From: an uncultured Candidatus Binatia bacterium
GTDB lineage: Bacteria > Desulfobacterota > Binatia > UBA9968 > CAXXLF01
Assembly (NCBI GenBank): GCA_965218425.1
Contig: OZ244621.1
Location: forward strand, 4,160,001 to 4,224,000
Length of the DNA stretch: 64,000 bases
Direction of reading: 5' to 3'
Made by a program: the position numbers and the translations under genes. The first letter of the stretch is position 1. Each line of letters opens with the position of its first letter. Of the stretch, positions 1-9,444 are shown one piece after another. Below the pieces are notes generated by a model. That model made no database searches. It had not been told where the DNA came from and saw only the letters and a program-made list of their open reading frames with translations.

Positions 1-691
1 TAACGGCAAGGACCAGCACATCATCGGCTACCTGAGGGGATTTCTGTTCAGCCACAAGCGGACCACCACTCCTGTGGGGGGATTGTCGGGCGGCGAGTGC
101 AACCGTATCGTGTTGGCCAAACTCTTCACTCGACCTACTAACTTGCTGGTACTGGACGAACCTACCACCGACCTGGACATTGAGACTCTCGAAGTGCTCG
201 AGGAGCGATTATACGGATACAAAGGTACGTTGATTGTCGTCAGTCACGACCGTAGTTTTCTCGACAATATTGTGACAAACACTCTCGTGTTCGAAGACAC
301 TGGAAAGGTCCAGCCCTACGTAGGCGGATACAGTGATTGGCTGAGACGCGGCGGATCTCTCACTGAAAAAGACAACCCCACGCAGGTCAAGCGTCGTTCC
401 GATTCCCCAAGGACCGATCCACAGGATGGCAAGGGAGGTCAGCGAAAAAAACTCAGCTACAGACTGAAGATCGAACTGGAGCAACTGCCTGACAGGATAG
501 ACGCCCTGGAAAAAGAAGTGGCTGAGTTAGAAGAGCGAACAACTCGTCCCGACTTCTATACTAATTCGTTTGAAAAAGTCCGACCTATCCTCGACCGGTT
601 GACGGCGAAAAAAGGTGAACTTGAGCGGGCCATGGAGCGCTGGTCGGAATTGGAGGCCATGCAGCAGGAGTTGGGGGCTCAACCGGAGTAA
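1..691 (+). CDS. uup: ABC-F family ATPase Uup, C-terminal part (5' end outside the window)
   Basis: Open frame from base 2 (NGKDQHIIGYLRGFLF...). Signature LSGGE, Walker B LLVLDEPT, VVSHDR switch, and the Uup C-terminal coiled coil KKLSY...ELEQLP...RWSELE. Confidence 0.9.
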   Translation, partial: NGKDQHIIGYLRGFLFSHKRTTTPVGGLSGGECNRIVLAKLFTRPTNLLVLDEPTTDLDIETLEVLEERLYGYKGTLIVVSHDRSFLDNIVTNTLVFEDTGKVQPYVGGYSDWLRRGGSLTEKDNPTQVKRRSDSPRTDPQDGKGGQRKKLSYRLKIELEQLPDRIDALEKEVAELEERTTRPDFYTNSFEKVRPILDRLTAKKGELERAMERWSELEAMQQELGAQPE

Positions 692-700
692 TTTTCCCCA

Positions 701-792
701 CTAACACTTGCTCTCCTCGCCTAACACTTAACACCGCTCCTTCTCTCCCCTACCCCGAATACCCTATTCCCTATCGCTGGTCTTATCGCTTT
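701..792 (+). repeat. Mosaic pyrimidine-rich spacer (AACAC, CCCTA and GGTCTTATCGCTTT modules)
   Basis: CTAACACTTAACAC...CCCTACCCCGAATACCCTATTCCCTA...GGTCTTATCGCTTT. Same module order as 11341-11425 and 34980-35068. Confidence 0.8.
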
Positions 793-819
793 CTATAGAT
801 TTTCGCCCGCGAATTTGCC

Positions 820-848
820 TTGACAGTCACCTAAAATTCCAATAAAGG
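820..848 (+). promoter_or_regulatory. Putative sigma70 promoter for the ABC SBP gene
   Basis: TTGACA-N17-TAAAGG. Confidence 0.45.
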
Positions 849-1061
849 CATTACCCTGATCTAGCTGCCGGGCCTCGCTCCATTGTTAAAGCTACCTGCG
901 CCATTGGGAGGCCCAAACACAGGGTCGCGGAGCGGCCCTTGGAGGGGAGCAATGAACGGATACGATTCAAGCCAGGGCTCTGGTTTATTTTATTGCCAGG
1001 GTGTGCTGGCTTTTTTATTGCCTTTGAATCAAACGGTATAGAAAAAGGGAGGTAACAGGCT

Positions 1062-2615
1062 ATGAAGCGATTTTTCACGTACATTTCCATGGTAGGTTTA
1101 TTGATTGGCCTCACATACGTGTCGGCAAGGGCAGCGGATGAGCCCAAGCGCGGGGGCACTCTCACCATGGCCATCAGCAATAAGATGAAGATGATGAATC
1201 CTCTGGTAAGAACCAGTTCGGTGGAAAAGAGAATCCGCGATTTGATGTTCGAGTCGCTTCTGGTACTGGATTCAAAGGGCAAGGTACAGCCCAATCTGGC
1301 CGAGTCCTGGCAGATCTCCCAGGACGGCAAGACCTATACCTTTAGGCTCCGCAGGGGCGTGAAGTTTCACAACGGACAAGAAATGACGGCGGAAGACGCC
1401 AAATTCGCCATGGATTACACGATGAACCCCAAAAACGGTGCTTATGGGATTAAGGATCTAAACCAGGTGGAAGGGGTCGAAGCAGTGGACCGATATACCT
1501 TGAAGGTGTATTTAAAGAGGCCCACCCCGGTATTTCCCATCCTTCTGTCAGAGATTAGGTCCTTCTCGGTTATTCCCAAAGGATCGTTGGAGGAGAGCGT
1601 GAGGAAGCCTGTCACATTCCCACCGGGGACGGGACCTTTTAAGTTCGTGGAGTGGAAACCAGGACGTCAAATCGTTTTCGACCGGTTCGACGATTACTGG
1701 GGCCACAAGGCTTACGTGGATCGGGTCATTCTGAAGGTGATCGGAAATTCCACCGTGCGCTTCACTGCACTTCGGGCCGGGGATGTGGACGTCATCGTAC
1801 GTGTTCCCCATGAATGGATCAATACGGTGGAGCAAGGTAAAATCAAAGGGATTGGCTTCGCGGGGTCCTTTCCCGGGAATGCCAACAATATTGAGTTCAA
1901 CGTAGCGGATCCCCCTTTTAACAATAAAAAACTGCGCTTGGCCGTTGCCCATGCCCTGAATCGAAAAGAGATACTTCAAGGTGCATATTTTGGTATGGGT
2001 TCGATTGCGCGCCAGCGTTTTCCAAAAGATCACTACTGGTACTTTGAGGAGGCGCCTATCCCTTCCTACGACCTTGCCAAGGCTCGGGCGTTGGTAAAGG
2101 AATCCGGTTACAAAGGAGAAGAGGTTGATCTTATGATCAGTCGAGGTAACCCGGGGTATGAGGCCGAGGCCACCATCATTCAATCACAGCTGAAGAAGAT
2201 CGGCGTAAAGATGAAAATAACCCCATTGGAAAGAGCGTCCGCCCTGGATTACCGGCGCAAAGGCAAATTTCACTTCAAGCTGAGTGGTGGCAGCGCCTAT
2301 GCAGACCCCATACAGGCTTACAACGAGTACGAGTGCGAAGATCTCAGAAAGCGGCGGTCCAATGAGGCGGGTTACTGTGACAAAGAGTTTGATCGACTGC
2401 TGGCGAAAGCGGAGACGGAGCGGGATCCTGCCAAGAGGAGGGAATTGTTCAAGAAGCTGGTTCAGATGCTTAACAAAGAGATACCTCTTCTCCCCATTTT
2501 ATTCGCTACAAGGCATTTTGCATTTCGAGATTATGTGAAAGGCTTCACCACCGATGAAAACGCTCATTACCGTCACTATGGTGGAGGGTTGAACTACACC
2601 TGGATCGACAAGTAA
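1062..2615 (+). CDS. ABC transporter substrate-binding protein, family 5 (peptide/nickel type), orphan
   Basis: Signal peptide, LAESW..S.DGKTYTF.LR.GVKFHNG motif, GTGPFKFVEW, SD GGGAGG. Confidence 0.92.
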   Translation: MKRFFTYISMVGLLIGLTYVSARAADEPKRGGTLTMAISNKMKMMNPLVRTSSVEKRIRDLMFESLLVLDSKGKVQPNLAESWQISQDGKTYTFRLRRGVKFHNGQEMTAEDAKFAMDYTMNPKNGAYGIKDLNQVEGVEAVDRYTLKVYLKRPTPVFPILLSEIRSFSVIPKGSLEESVRKPVTFPPGTGPFKFVEWKPGRQIVFDRFDDYWGHKAYVDRVILKVIGNSTVRFTALRAGDVDVIVRVPHEWINTVEQGKIKGIGFAGSFPGNANNIEFNVADPPFNNKKLRLAVAHALNRKEILQGAYFGMGSIARQRFPKDHYWYFEEAPIPSYDLAKARALVKESGYKGEEVDLMISRGNPGYEAEATIIQSQLKKIGVKMKITPLERASALDYRRKGKFHFKLSGGSAYADPIQAYNEYECEDLRKRRSNEAGYCDKEFDRLLAKAETERDPAKRRELFKKLVQMLNKEIPLLPILFATRHFAFRDYVKGFTTDENAHYRHYGGGLNYTWIDK

Positions 2616-2675
2616 CCTGACAAATTAGAACGTAACATCTTCAAGTGCCCCCCATGGCAAAAGCGACAAACAAGA

Positions 2676-2719
2676 CCCAGGAGAGCGAAAAGGCGTTGGA
2701 ACCTTTTCGCTCTCCTGGG
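2676..2719. terminator. Perfect 18-bp hairpin, probable terminator
   Basis: CCCAGGAGAGCGAAAAGG-N8-CCTTTTCGCTCTCCTGGG, 60 nt downstream of the SBP stop. Confidence 0.65.
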
Positions 2720-2767
2720 AAAATCGTCGTTAGATCCTCAATCGTAACAAAGAAGGAGCGACGGTTT

Positions 2768-2974
2768 ATGAATAACCCAACTATTCGTCGTCTTATGGCA
2801 ATCCTAAAATCGATTCCTCTATTGGCACGAAGCTGGAAGGTGCGGGAAAGTGAATTCATGCGGCGAAACCCAGAGACCGCGTGCTCCATGGAAGCTTTCC
2901 TGCAGCTGAAGCCCAGGTATAGGGAGGACTGGTTTAGATTGGAGACGAGATGGATGGGCGGAGAAATGGACTGA
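2768..2974 (+). CDS. Small hypothetical protein (68 aa)
   Basis: AAGGAG SD before ATG (MNNPTIRR...). No recognisable motif. Confidence 0.35.
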   Translation: MNNPTIRRLMAILKSIPLLARSWKVRESEFMRRNPETACSMEAFLQLKPRYREDWFRLETRWMGGEMD

Positions 2975-3219
2975 AAGGACCTTTGACGATCACGTTGCCG
3001 GTTCGGCAGCGCATTAAATGGCATCTCCTCCCCGCTAATAGAGCCCGTCGAAACACGTTCCATTCACCCGTCGATTCCAAGTTCATGTTTTGCACCATGG
3101 CGAACAGATTCAACATAAAGTTCTCAAATTGATTCTCACGAAACGCTTCCTCTGAAGAGAGAATTACCAATTTTCGAACAGTTAGTATCTGTGTAATTTT
3201 TGCTCGTCATTAACGTATT

Positions 3220-3628
3220 ATGAAAAAGAAAATACTCATTGTCGGAGACGACCTGGCCCTCTCCCACGTCCTGGATATGCCCATCAAGAATTCCTATGAA
3301 ATTGTCCCGGCGAAAAACGGCAAAGAGGGTGTGGACATGGCCGCCTCGCAACTTCCAGATTTGATCCTCGTGGACATCAGGATGCCCGTGATGGACGGGT
3401 TACAAGCGCTCACATTATTCAAAGAGGATGACCTAACTGCGGCGATTCCTGTAATCTTCCGGTCGGGCAAAGTCGAGTCACGATATACCACAGGGTTTCA
3501 GAATGGGTGCGGGCCACTATATCACGAAGCCATTTACCAGCACTGAACTGCTAAGTGGAATCGATCTATTCCTGGCAGAAGACGAACCCATGGAATCGTC
3601 GATCCCGCATCATTTATTATCCGCCTAA
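3220..3628 (+). pseudogene. Stand-alone response regulator receiver domain, frameshifted near 3481
   Basis: KKILIV..D, PDLILVDIRMPVMDG. The C-terminal GAGHYITKPF continues in another frame to TAA at 3628. Confidence 0.8.
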
Positions 3629-3666
3629 CTCAACTCTCTCTACTCCCGATTTTACTTACCGTGCTA

Positions 3667-3799
3667 GCCTTTTCGCCTTTCGCTTTGCTCTCCGCTTCCT
3701 AGCAGTATGTAATCCTGGAGCAATTGATCTCTGACTTGCTGCCTTCCGCTCACTGTCTGCTGTCTTTCTCCCCCTGCCCCGTGCGCTATGCGCCTCGCC
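3667..3799 (+). repeat. Mosaic pyrimidine-rich spacer
   Basis: GCCTTTTCGCCTTTCGCTTT, GCCTTCCGCTCACTGTCTGCTGTCT and GTGCGCTATGCGCC modules. Confidence 0.65.
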
Positions 3800-3806
3800 G
3801 CGATCA

Positions 3807-4370
3807 TCAGGCTTCACCACTCTGGGGTACGAATTTTAGTACCACACCGTTGTTGCACCAACGGTCCCCCGTGGGCCGCGGTCCGTCACCGAAAATATGG
3901 CCGTGGTGGCCGCCGCAGCGTATGCAATGGTATTCGGTACGAGGCCAGATAAGCTTGTAATCCGTGCTAGTGCCGAAGACACCGGGTATGGTGGTAAAGA
4001 AACTAGGCCAACCTGTGCCACTGTCATATTTCATCTTGGAGGTAAAAAGCGGCAAATCGCACCCTGCGCATGCGTAAATTCCGGGGCGCTTTTCATCGTT
4101 CAGGGCACTCGACCAGGGACGTTCTGTCCCCTCCTCACGCAGAATATAAAATTGGGTTGGGTCAAGGCGCTCACGCCACCGCTCCTTTGACAACTGGAGC
4201 GGTTCGGATGCCAGCGGAACCTTTACATCTTTTCCAAGAAATTTCTTCCAATTCTTCTGGAGCTCTTCAATCCCATTCATTGAAGAAGGTGGAGCTGCAA
4301 CCCCCCGGCCCCAAATGCCACTCCAGATACCCAACGCAAGCAACCCACGCAAAAATCCACGTCGTGTCAT
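3807..4370 (-). CDS. msrB: Peptide-methionine (R)-S-oxide reductase with Tat signal peptide
   Basis: GTERPW, CAGC, KYDSGTGWPSF, C..CGGHHGHIF.DGP.PTG.RWCNNG. N-terminal TRRGFL twin-arginine motif. Confidence 0.95.
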   Translation of the reverse strand: MTRRGFLRGLLALGIWSGIWGRGVAAPPSSMNGIEELQKNWKKFLGKDVKVPLASEPLQLSKERWRERLDPTQFYILREEGTERPWSSALNDEKRPGIYACAGCDLPLFTSKMKYDSGTGWPSFFTTIPGVFGTSTDYKLIWPRTEYHCIRCGGHHGHIFGDGPRPTGDRWCNNGVVLKFVPQSGEA

Positions 4371-4489
4371 CAGCAGTCTCCTTTCCTTTTCGTAACATTC
4401 ACTGGCCTTCCAGGGACCATAGTATCAAACCAGATTGGCATATGATACATAGCCAGTTTCCCTTTTTCCAAAGCCGCATTTCGCACGGT

Positions 4490-4677
4490 CCTCTGCCTGC
4501 TGTCTTTCCTGGACTACGCTTTTGCCTTTTTGTTCTTACCCTGCTCCCGTCAATTTTCTATCCTCCATCCTGAACCCCAACTGGCTGAGAGCTAAAAGCT
4601 GACGGCTGATAGCGATCCTCACTCAGCACTCGTTACTCAGCTTTGAACTGCCGCTTTCTGCCCACTGCCTGCTGTCT
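4490..4677 (+). repeat. Mosaic spacer (CTGCC, TTTTGCC, CTATCCT, GCTGAGA/GCTGATA, CTCAGCA/CTCGTTA modules) overlapping a gene 3' end
   Basis: 4584-4638 aligns ungapped with 12708-12762 at 45/55 positions. Confidence 0.88.
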
Positions 4678-5767
4678 CAGTGATCAGTGTACCCGCCCCC
4701 CCCAGAAACTCCAAGGCATTTTTATAAGCAATCATCTCCTTTGTTTCCTGGCTCAGGTCTTCCCTTTCGAGGAGCAGGTCGATATGCGTCCGTTTAAGCA
4801 TCCCCACCTTGTCAGGGTCATGACCCCTGCCCGTGATGTCGCCGTGGGGATAGTCGGTTCCAAGCATGAGGTTCTTGGGCGGGATCCGTTGGCATAGGTG
4901 ACCAAGAGAAGCTTCGGTGGGATCAACCGTAACGTAAATATTCGAAAGCAAATATTCGGTGGGATGTTTTTGAGCCACCTTCCGCGAGTTGGGGTCCATA
5001 TCATAGGTTAGCGCCAAACGATCCCACATCCACAAAAGCCACGTGGCGCCCGCCTCCCCCAGACAGAACCTTAGATTGGGAAAGGTATCAAAAACGCCAC
5101 TGTAAATTAGCGAGCAAGTGATGGTCAGGTAGTCCGCGAGGGTGGCGACGAAAAAGCCCCAACCTATACCCATACGTTTTGGGTCGGCAACGGTGCCCCA
5201 GTCTCTGCTGTTGGCATGGACACTGATGGGGATGTTGTGCTCGTTGGCGAAGTCATACAGGGGCCAAAAGTACTGGTCATCGAAGTTCTTTCCTCCTTGT
5301 GCCGCCTTCATGAAAAAGGTTTGGAACCCCGCATCCACGGCTCGTTTAGCTTCCTCAAGAGAGGCCTTGATATTCTGCGTGGGAATCACGGCGCTGCCGA
5401 TAAACCGGTCAGGATGGACCCTGATGACATTGCCGATGGCCAGGTTTGCGGACTGGCACATAGCGGCTGCCAGCCGGGGCTCGGTTTCGTAGGCGTACTG
5501 GCCAAACTCAGGATTGAGCAACTGGCTCTCGATGCCTAGAGCATCCATGTCCTTGAGCCGGATCTCCGGGTCGAAGTCCCCCTTGATGCGCACCCGGGGG
5601 AGCAGTGTCCCGCTTCGCCGTGGCGGCTCGGGTAAGTTTGGCGCCACCAGTGCCACGCGTCCCTTTCCCTGGGGAAGCCACGCCGGCGCGAGGTGTCTGA
5701 ATTCATCCGGCATATGATCGAACTCGTCAATGGGTGCGAAATGCGAGTCCATATCGATGAGGCGCAT
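4637..5767 (-). CDS. Amidohydrolase_2 family metal-dependent hydrolase
   Basis: IDMDSH, ISVH, P.LRF.LGEAGATW, GTDYPHGD. Confidence 0.9.
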   Translation of the reverse strand: MRLIDMDSHFAPIDEFDHMPDEFRHLAPAWLPQGKGRVALVAPNLPEPPRRSGTLLPRVRIKGDFDPEIRLKDMDALGIESQLLNPEFGQYAYETEPRLAAAMCQSANLAIGNVIRVHPDRFIGSAVIPTQNIKASLEEAKRAVDAGFQTFFMKAAQGGKNFDDQYFWPLYDFANEHNIPISVHANSRDWGTVADPKRMGIGWGFFVATLADYLTITCSLIYSGVFDTFPNLRFCLGEAGATWLLWMWDRLALTYDMDPNSRKVAQKHPTEYLLSNIYVTVDPTEASLGHLCQRIPPKNLMLGTDYPHGDITGRGHDPDKVGMLKRTHIDLLLEREDLSQETKEMIAYKNALEFLGGAGTLITETAGSGQKAAVQS

Positions 5768-5850
5768 GGATATACCCTCCCTTTTGATAACCGCTCGATG
5801 GCGGAAGCGGTCGAGCGAGAACGCTTCCTGGCCGGGATCAGAACCGAATC

Positions 5851-5888
5851 ATCTTATGCCGATTTATCCCGGCTTGTCAATTTCCAGA
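5851..5888 (-). promoter_or_regulatory. Sigma70-type promoter carrying the shared TCTGGAAATTGACA motif
   Basis: Minus strand TCTGGAAA-TTGACA-N18-TAAGAT. Same 14-mer at 52627 and 56277. Confidence 0.7.
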
Positions 5889-6041
5889 GCTAGTGCCCAG
5901 GTCACTTATGAAATTACAAATCTGTACGCACAATTTACGTGGATGCCGATGGGGGGCATTTTGACAATTATTTGCCCTGAAGGAATTGCCCCTTAGATTC
6001 CTGGGCAGGAAAATTTCTTTGGAGTCCAAACAGTTATAGTC

Positions 6042-6057
6042 CGGCACTGCTCTTGCA
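6042..6057 (+). promoter_or_regulatory. Putative sigma54 -24/-12 promoter
   Basis: CGGCAC-N5-TTGCA (GG-N10-GC) just upstream of a response-regulator remnant. Confidence 0.5.
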
Positions 6058-6084
6058 AACCTATGATTCGAGGGAGGAAAAATA

Positions 6085-6135
6085 ACGAAAAAAAGATTCT
6101 CATAGTGCAAGACAACACGGACCTACCCCAAACGG
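6085..6135 (+). pseudogene. N-terminal remnant of a response regulator receiver
   Basis: KKILIVQDNTDL after SD GGAGG. The rest of the domain is absent. Confidence 0.5.
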
Positions 6136-6207
6136 CTTTCAGAAACCCTTTAGCGGTTTATGCCGTCTCTGATCCCTTTTCTTATTCGCATTGCCCTCCG
6201 ATGCAAT

Positions 6208-6256
6208 TTTCCGTCCGTCTGCCGTCAATTCTCTATCTTCAATCCTCTATTTTTTC
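6208..6256 (+). repeat. Spacer module CAATTCTCTATCTTCAATCCTC overlapping the MFS stop codon
   Basis: Homologous to 18643-18681 (TTCCCGTCCGCACGCTGCAATTCTCTATCTTCTATCCTC). Confidence 0.75.
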
Positions 6257-7507
6257 ATCGTCGTTCTGCCCGACTCCTTTCTCATTACCCGGCACCTGAT
6301 GGTAACGCTCGTTCCGTAGTGACTTGAGAAAGGAAAGAAATATTGCCGTGGTGAAAATCAAAGAGACCACAGAGGTAAGAGCCAGGCCAAGAGCGATACC
6401 AAAGAGAGCGATGAAGGCACCAATTGCCATGGACCCAACCGAGCGCATTCCCTGATCCATTTGAAAAACACTCATGACCCTCCCCAAGAAACCATAGGGG
6501 ACCCGCATCTGAATAATCACCCGGCTGATGGTTCGATAAGCGACTCCACTGGCACCCACTAGAGTCAAAAGCACGATGGAGAACAATAGGCTATTGGACA
6601 GGCTAAAAAGCAGGAGGAATACAGGCGTGCTTGTAGCAGCTATAAAAATCAACGTCTCCTTGTTCCACTTTTCCACCATGGGTGTGAGAAAACTTAGGGA
6701 AAGAATACCTCCAAGCCCCTGTGCTGCCATCAGCAACCCTAAGCCCCCAGGTCCCACATTCAGCACTTCCTTGGCATAGACCGGAAGAAATCTGTGATAG
6801 GTGCCCACAAAAACGCTTAAAATATATGCCGCGCCGATACTCACCAATATCACAGGCTCATGCCAGATATAACGGAACCCATCACTCACTTCTCGTAAAT
6901 AATTGTCCCGCCCACGGCGCAACTCATTTTTAGGTAAATGCATCAAGAGAAATCCCACTCCGGAAATCACCAAAAATACGGTATAGAACAGGAAACATCC
7001 CCCCGCACCGATCCACAGGATCATGGCCCCACCTAGAGAAGGACCTAAGACACGGGCGATATTGAATTCGATCGAAAATAGGGCCACCCCACTCACGAGA
7101 TCCTCCTTGGGGACCAGCTCACGAACGATCGAATGAGCGGTGGGAGGGTTAAGGACCCTGGTCACAGAATGGACAATCTGCAAAGTCAGGATATGCCAAA
7201 ACTCTAGCACCCCTGCGAAGTACAGAAGCGTTAAAATAAAAATAGGAATGGCAGCAAAAAACTGAACCAGTATCAGTATATGCTGACGGTTGTGGCGATC
7301 AACGAGGACGCCAATAAACGGGGTAAAGATTAGGCTAGGAGCCGCCTCGAATAACCCCAGGAGACCCAGTGCCATGGCGGACCCGGTAATTTCGTAAGCG
7401 AGCCAATAGACTGCAATCTCCTGAACAAAATGTCCTATGGAGGCGATAAAATCGCTGGTGCAAAAGAGAACGTAATTTTTATGCAGCAGGGCTCGATAGG
7501 TGCGAAT
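6239..7507 (-). CDS. MFS transporter (MFS_3-like). Probable start is ATT at 7507; the first ATG is at 7375.
   Basis: About 12 hydrophobic segments, GVLVDR..R motif. The frame upstream of 7375 (IRTYRALLHKNY...WLAYEITGS) aligns with the N-terminus of paralog 22925. Confidence 0.85.
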   Translation of the reverse strand: MRTYRALLHKNYVLFCTSDFIASIGHFVQEIAVYWLAYEITGSAMALGLLGLFEAAPSLIFTPFIGVLVDRHNRQHILILVQFFAAIPIFILTLLYFAGVLEFWHILTLQIVHSVTRVLNPPTAHSIVRELVPKEDLVSGVALFSIEFNIARVLGPSLGGAMILWIGAGGCFLFYTVFLVISGVGFLLMHLPKNELRRGRDNYLREVSDGFRYIWHEPVILVSIGAAYILSVFVGTYHRFLPVYAKEVLNVGPGGLGLLMAAQGLGGILSLSFLTPMVEKWNKETLIFIAATSTPVFLLLFSLSNSLLFSIVLLTLVGASGVAYRTISRVIIQMRVPYGFLGRVMSVFQMDQGMRSVGSMAIGAFIALFGIALGLALTSVVSLIFTTAIFLSFLKSLRNERYHQVPGNEKGVGQNDDEKIED

Positions 7508-7587
7508 TGAGTGATTCCCCTTTCCGGACCGGCGGACAGATCAGGGATCGAATTTCTCTTTTCAAAGCCCCTAGGAAATAGGGTTGA

Positions 7588-8075
7588 CTAGGCGGAATCT
7601 CTGCGAGCCTTGCGACCCTTCCTCGACTTGGCACGCGCCAACATTAACATGATCAGTTCCAGGCGGCCATCGTCGGAATAACTGAAGTGCACGCGGTGGC
7701 GCAGCCAATCGTAGCGATCCCATCCTCTGGAGTCCCCCCGTGCCCCCGGTGTGGGACCCCAGAGGAACTGGGCTTATCCAGTGCCCCACGAATCCTCTGA
7801 GGAGGGTCCCCGAAACTAATTCCCTTGGGAAGTTTGCTGGCAAACTGCGCGTAGCCGTTTTTCCCAAAGCGATTGAGAAAGATCGTCTCCACGACACGTT
7901 CCGGCCCGTATTTGACCTCAAATCCGCGACTGCGAGACATCAGATACCGCCGGTTAACAAAGGGCCATTCTTCGGGCTTGCAGCCCGCGCAGAGGGACGC
8001 CACGGGCTCGTCGTCGATTGTGAGCCCCAGGTACGCGGTCATCTCATCCATGCTGGGTATGCGCTTTTTCGCCAT
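7588..8075 (-). pseudogene. Hypothetical protein resembling DUF6392/immunity-type proteins, frameshifted near 7725-7760
   Basis: LPKGISFGD...LDKPSSSG, then GWDRYD...VHFSY continues in another frame after C-homopolymer runs. Confidence 0.45.
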
Positions 8076-8136
8076 AACAATCAGGTTCTGTGCCACTTAG
8101 CGAATCTTGCGGATTACGCTTAGGGCTTTGCGGCTA

Positions 8137-9264
8137 TCAGTAACTCCACTCATAGTTTTTATCTCGATAGGCCTCATCAGGCATCATGGACTTAAGGTTT
8201 CTTTTTGCTAGTTCTTCTTCGAACTTCTGCCGCACCCATGGTTCTTCGTCCGGATATTCGATCTGGTCGTTTGCCCGGTCCTGCACCTTTTCCGCGTGAC
8301 CAGAGAACTGTGGCAGAGGGTGCAAAGCTAGGTAGCGTCCAGGGGCGCCAGCGACATTGAAGTGCTGGTGAAACCAACGATTCGGCGGGGTGAAGAGACT
8401 TGCCTCGTGCCAGGGGACAACCACCTTTTCGCCCCCTTCCGGCCACATGACGGAATAGCCCTCACCCGAGGGTATTACGATGGCCCTTCCGGGACCGTGG
8501 CGGTGTCCCTTCTTGTATGTCTTTGCGGGAAAGACGGACATGTGACAGGAGGCCTCTGATTCAGCAAATTGGATCCAGACAACATGGCCCCCGGCTCCTC
8601 TTCCCTTAAACGGGTCCAGCCGGTCCCAGGCCCTCATGTCTGGAAAAAAGTTCCCATACCAAACGTTGCGTGCCCCCATGGCGCCATCGGCGTCTGTCAT
8701 GACCTTCGCCTCTGCGTATAGGCTGCCCAGGTCACTGTCGGCGCTTTGGGGCACGGTGTAACCGTTATTGAAGAAGAACGCTGGATCTTCGGTGGCAGAG
8801 AGGGCCACCGGCAGGTAGTTATAGTGCATCAACTTTACCGGCTTGTCTCCCTGGGTATTGCACAACTGATGATGGTAGTGTCGTGGTATCATGAACATGC
8901 TGTGCTTTTGCCACTCGAATGTCTTCTTGGCCCTACCCTCTCCGCTCCAGACGGTAGTTAGGCCACGACCTTCAAGGACGTAAACAATCTCATCGACTCC
9001 CATTTTGAAAGGCGGGAGCGTCTTGCCTGGAGCGATCTCGCTGACCCTGAGCTCGTTCACCCCTTCCATTCCCATGAGCTGCACAAAGGCGGTATTGCAT
9101 TCCCGGTAGGGCCACCATGCCAATTCCAGATCCCTCAAGTCCTCGATGTAATAACCCCGGTAGATCGGCAACCCCTGGGACTCCATCCACCGATCATAGG
9201 GAAATTGCCGTTTTCCGGCGGCAATCGCCCTCCTCGGCATCGCCTCTGTATTAGTCTGCGCCAT
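8137..9264 (-). CDS. Bicupin-domain protein (gentisate dioxygenase-like fold)
   Basis: Two cupin repeats: DEIVYVLEGRG...IPRHYHHQ and GHRHGPG...PPNRWFHQHFN. Confidence 0.85.
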   Translation of the reverse strand: MAQTNTEAMPRRAIAAGKRQFPYDRWMESQGLPIYRGYYIEDLRDLELAWWPYRECNTAFVQLMGMEGVNELRVSEIAPGKTLPPFKMGVDEIVYVLEGRGLTTVWSGEGRAKKTFEWQKHSMFMIPRHYHHQLCNTQGDKPVKLMHYNYLPVALSATEDPAFFFNNGYTVPQSADSDLGSLYAEAKVMTDADGAMGARNVWYGNFFPDMRAWDRLDPFKGRGAGGHVVWIQFAESEASCHMSVFPAKTYKKGHRHGPGRAIVIPSGEGYSVMWPEGGEKVVVPWHEASLFTPPNRWFHQHFNVAGAPGRYLALHPLPQFSGHAEKVQDRANDQIEYPDEEPWVRQKFEEELAKRNLKSMMPDEAYRDKNYEWSY

Positions 9265-9444
9265 AATAGTTCCTCCTCCTGGATAGGTGCTCGATCCTAC
9301 GCCCCATCTTCGGCTCTCGGTGACCCGATCGCCTTGATCAAAGGTTATCGAACTCTAAAACCGGTATTCGTTGAAGTCAAGGCCACTCGGTTTGCGCTCT
9401 CGGTCCGGCGCCCTGGTTGTCTGGGGTCCTGTGCCCATTCCTCT

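Noticed and set aside
850..985. 6S RNA or a known riboswitch
   Set aside because: Could not fit a 6S rod or the TPP/SAM/glycine/cobalamin consensus by eye. Kept only as an unclassified leader.
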